The notes below the pieces were generated by a model. It saw only the letters and a list, made by a program, of their open reading frames with translations. It was not told where the DNA came from and searched no databases. From the human T2T-CHM13v2.0 reference genome, Homo sapiens, in assembly GCA_009914755.4 (NCBI GenBank), contig CP068257.2, positions 44,800,001 to 44,864,000 on the forward strand: DNA of 64,000 nt, written 5' to 3'. Position 1 is the stretch's first letter. The number at the start of each line of letters is the position of its first letter. Positions 58,476-64,000 of this stretch are shown one piece after another. A program made the translations under genes and the position numbers.

Positions 58476-59377
58476 AGCCTGAACAGACGGACACTCAGTG
58501 TGTCATCCTGTTGTTTAACAACATTCAACAGACTGAGTGCCAGGAGGCTTACAGTCTAGCAGGGGCTGAAAGACATGTAAACAGTGGCAATATCATGAAA
58601 TGTGTACAGAACCCAGTCAGCCCAAGGGGAGGGATCATCAGCACTGCGCAAGCTGGGCCAATAGAGGAAGTACAGTTTCCTTGAGCTTTGTTTTGAAAGC
58701 ATGTGTGAAGAGGGTGGAGAAGGAGGAGCGGGGATGGACATGAAGACAAAGGGAGGTGAACCGAAGTTGAGTGGGCCAAGGAATTCCAGGCAGTGTTCCA
58801 CAGGTAGAGGAGGAAAGGCAGGGGCTAACTTACAGCAGGGCTCACACATCCTAGTAAGGAATTTGGACTTGATTCTCTGGAGTCTAGACAAGCTGGTTGA
58901 AACAAACTCAAATTCCTCCCTGTAGCTGGTTGGGTGTTGTGGATGTGTGAGGTGACCAAGAGTAAGGCAGGAGGGGTGCTGGTACCTGTTGCCTCTAGAA
59001 TGGCACTGTTTAGAACTTTCTTCTACGATGGGAAAGTTCTGTGGTGTCCAGCATGGTGGCCACCAGCCACATGTGGCTACTGAACACTTGAAATGTGGGT
59101 AGTGGGACGAGGGAACTGATTGTTCAATTTAATTTACTTTTAATTAATTAAAATTTAACCATGCATGGCTAATGGCTGCTGTACTGGACAACAGCAAAGT
59201 GTATGCTCTGCATGAAGGCTTCCTATTAACAAGAAATACCATGAAAATACATTTTATTCCTACCACTGCTCTCGACAAAGGAGAGAAAATGAGCAAGATG
59301 AAAATATGTGTACACATTCAAGAACTCAGTGAATCTTGTAAACAGATGTCAATTTCCTATTTTTAATTAAAGGCTAT

Positions 59378-59957
<580 letters not shown>

Positions 59958-60794
59958 TAAACAGGTCTTCTTTAATAAATGATGGAGCCAGCAGTACCCC
60001 CACACAGCCCCACCTTTTTAAAAAATGTATTAACAAAACATTTCTGCATAATCTCTTTTGTCTCTTTCTGTCTCCCTCTTTGATTTAGAAAGATTGTTCT
60101 GCAGTATGTGAAAAGTAGATTGGAGGAGTCTGAAATTGGGGGACAGAAAAGTTAGCTTGAAAAACCCATTGCAGTAATCCAGGGCAAGAGATTTTGCTGG
60201 TCTGGACAGAGCTGAGCCAATAGGATGGAGAGGGCAATCAGAAGTAGAGCCAGCAGGCTTCTGTGTGAAGTGCACAGTAAAGGAGGGTCTAGGGTGACTC
60301 TGGAGTTTCTGAAACACCTGTCTGGGAGATGATGGTGCTGCTCACGAAGACGTGGAACACAAAAGGAGTGTGAGGCTGCTCTAGGAGATCTGAGTGGTGG
60401 GACCCAGAGTGCATTTGGATATATGAGTCTAGTACTTTCTAGAAAGGGCTAGGCTAGTAATTTGGAAGTCATCAGCACATAGATAGTAATTGGAGTGAAT
60501 ATGATTACCCCATAAGGAGAAATGAATAATGCAAAGAGAGCCTAGGAAAAAACTCTGAGGAACCCAAATCCATACGGGAAAGGCAGAGAAGGGAGAGACT
60601 GCAGGGAAGACTGAGGAAGGAGACAGAACATGTGTGGGCATCTGTGCAGCTGAGGCAGGGAAATGTGTGTGGAGGATTTTCTGGGTCAGTATTCATGACC
60701 AATCATCAGGCAAAGATGACTGTACTTCCTCAAATCTCATTGAAATGGTTGAAGAGGTTTTTTTGTTTTTTGGTTTGTGTTTTCCTAAAGAGGT

Positions 60795-60905
60795 GAGATC
60801 TCACTGTGTTGCCTAGGCTGGTCTTGAACTCTTGGGCTTGGGCTCAAGTGATCATTTAGCCTCAGCCTCCCAAGTAGCTGGAACTATAGCTGCGCACCCC
60901 CACAT
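60795..60905 (-). mobile_element. Alu fragment (antisense, about 110 bp)
   Basis: aaagaggtgagatctcactgtgttgcctaggctggtcttgaactcttgggcttgggctcaagtgatcatttagcctcagcctcccaagtagctggaactatagctgcgcaccc. Confidence 0.7.
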
Positions 60906-62082
60906 CCTGCTAGGTTTTCAGAATTGAAAAGGAATTCATAGTCTAGGTTCTGGGAAATTGGAACGGTGGATCAGAGCAGTGAGGATTATCTGATTAGGGA
61001 AGATAGGGATGGAGCAGGTCTGCAGCAGATGTACAGTGCATCCTCTGAACAAAGTTGTGGAGGAGGATGGGAGGTGGTAATGAGGAAAGGATATGGTTTT
61101 CATCGGTTTTCCAGAGTCTGCTGATGTATTCCTGTAGAAGGTACCACCAGTTGTTTGGGGAAGTGGGCACTCAGCAGCCCTATGTCTGCCTCAACCAGAG
61201 ACTCTTCTCCACTTACACTCTTCCTAACTGTTCAGTTGAACAGAAGATGTGCAGCTGAAAGGTTGGAAAAACATTGAAGTGGATAATATCTAAGTTCTCC
61301 TTTCAGTTGCGAGGCTAGTCTAAGTTTTCTAATCATGAATGTTTAGTAAGAATTATTTCACCATGTGGCTTTAGCTCACCAAGTGATATTTAAAAGCATT
61401 CTTCCATTAAATACCTGCTATTTTAAAAGGTTTATTACCTATTTATACACAAACTTGTTAGCCAAGAGCTATATTTTTATGGAAGAGTCTTGTTACCTTT
61501 CACTGACATTGTTATCTACCTGTATGTCCTGAATGCATGTTCAGGGTCTTAACTTCTGTTAGAAGGAATAATTTAAACAAGCTCATGAGTACTGTAGAAA
61601 ATATGGCAGACATTCATATTGAGCAAGTACTCTCTGGTCCTTGGAAAGTGCAGTATAGTCAGCCACAGGCTTCAGTTTGAAAGTCTTTTAAGAGTTAGAA
61701 ACTTCTGAATATGGAAGACTGCTTCTTGTTTGATTTTTCTCTAATTGTGAAATATTTCAAACATACCAAAAACTTGTGTGAGTCATGATATATGTACCCA
61801 CGTACCTACCACCCAGTTTTTAAAAAATGAAGATTTGGACACATTAGATTCATATTTGAACCATTATAGAGAGAGATGACTCCCATTCACTCTCTGATTC
61901 CATTTGTCATCTTCCCAACTTCTCTCCTGAATTTGGTATTTTATCATTTAATTGCATTTCCATATATCCTGAAACAATCGATAGTGTTTTTGCATATTTT
62001 AAAACTATGTAAATCATCTTTATAAATCCTTCTGAAACTTGCTTTTTACCTCAATATTATGTTTTAAAAATTATGATGATTG

Positions 62083-62416
<334 letters not shown>

Positions 62417-62779
62417 TCAATCTAACTAACTGCCGTGTGGTATTATCTTATATGGTTATACCATGTTGTGGTAGTTTTTTTCTCCCAAGTGTATTTTTGA
62501 AACAAATAGAGGATGAGCAATCTACAGAGTTGGCATCAGCATGACTCCACAGTCCTCTTGGAGAAGAGTGCCCGAGGAAGGCGCAGGGCACTAGCCCAGA
62601 AGCACAGATAGAGACTAGCATGGGGAAGAGCTCAGGAAAAGGAGGGAAATGGAGAGAGCCATCAGACAGGGTAGTAAGTGTAGGAGTCAATGTGTGCTCA
62701 ATATAGAGGAAGCAGATCTAGGGTGTTCAAGGCAGATTTGGGATGAATCTCAAGTCTTCTAGTCATAGCATCACTCTAT

Positions 62780-63090
62780 TTTTTTTTTTTTTTTTGGAGA
62801 CAGAGTCTCACTCTATTGCCCAGGCTGGAGTGGTGGAGTGGTACAATCTTGGCTCACTGCAACCTCCACGTCCTGGGTTCAAGTGATTCTCCAGTCTCAG
62901 CCTCCCCAGTAGCGAGATTACAGGTGTGTGCCACCATGCCAGGTTAATTTCTGTATTTTTTATTAGAGATGGGGTTTCACCATGTTGGCCACCATGGTCT
63001 CAAACTCCTGACCTCAAATGATCTGCCTGCCTTGGCCTTCCAAAGTGCTGAGATTACAGGCGTGAGCCACTGCACCCAGCTCGTAGCATC
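62780..63090 (-). mobile_element. Alu (antisense)
   Basis: t(16)ggagacagagtctcactctattgcccaggctggagtggtggagtggtacaatcttggctcactgcaacc...gctgagattacaggcgtgagccactgcacccagc. Confidence 0.9.
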
Positions 63091-63347
63091 GCTCTTAATC
63101 TGGAAGTTGACGTACCCCTGCTAGGCCGTGGATATGTAAAAAGGATCATTTAATTTCTCTGTGCATCTGTCTTCAAGTTTTACACTGGTCAGGTATGGAT
63201 CACTCCTCGTTTTCTTGCCTCCTCCTGCTCTTCCTCTGTGTGGGCACCTCCAGTAGGACCGGTCCGATTGTTTGGGTAAATCTAGCAACATTGACTTAAG
63301 CTTACTCCTCCCATGGTAAGTCAAGGAAGCACGTGCCCTTTTTCCTA

Positions 63348-64000
<653 letters not shown>

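Overview
This is human (primate) nuclear DNA, about 45% Alu-saturated. It is not a prokaryotic or phage locus, so it contains no operons, CRISPR arrays or defence systems. On the + strand it carries the 3' end of PCNT (pericentrin), followed about 13 kb downstream by the CpG-island promoter and first coding exon of DIP2A.

PCNT identification:
- The exon reconstructed at 26983-27212 encodes the PACT centrosome-targeting domain (MEKLYLHYLRAESFRKALIYQKKYLLLLIGGFQD...).
- I reconstructed about 19 PCNT exons spanning 2192-31453 by chaining splice phase across AG/GT boundaries.
- The run ends in ...LEVIQQRLGGVLP|DSTSKKSCHPMIKQ* with TGA at 31451-31453.

DIP2A identification:
- An ATG at 45257 opens MADRGCPLEAAPLPAEVRESLAELELELSEG, followed by a GTGAGC donor.
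- From 45349 to the window end is Alu-dense DIP2A intron 1.

Other content:
- About 47 Alu copies or fragments.
- MaLR/THE1-type and other LTR fragments.
- A TIR-bounded MITE-like DNA-transposon fossil.
- Several intronic minisatellites, two (TG)n tracts, a poly-C tract and small tandem duplications.

The observations I would look at first:
- A 91-codon coiled-coil-like open frame continuing past the exon-38 donor.
- A PCNT exon (8095-8249) that is only recoverable by splice-phase logic.
- A candidate 51-bp cassette exon next to the MITE.
- Inverted Alu pairs that predict dsRNA/editing hairpins.
- GC-rich minisatellites, one of them abutting DIP2A exon 1.

All coordinates are from manual reading and may be off by a few bases. 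Exon numbers are my own backward count from the terminal exon and were not checked against RefSeq.
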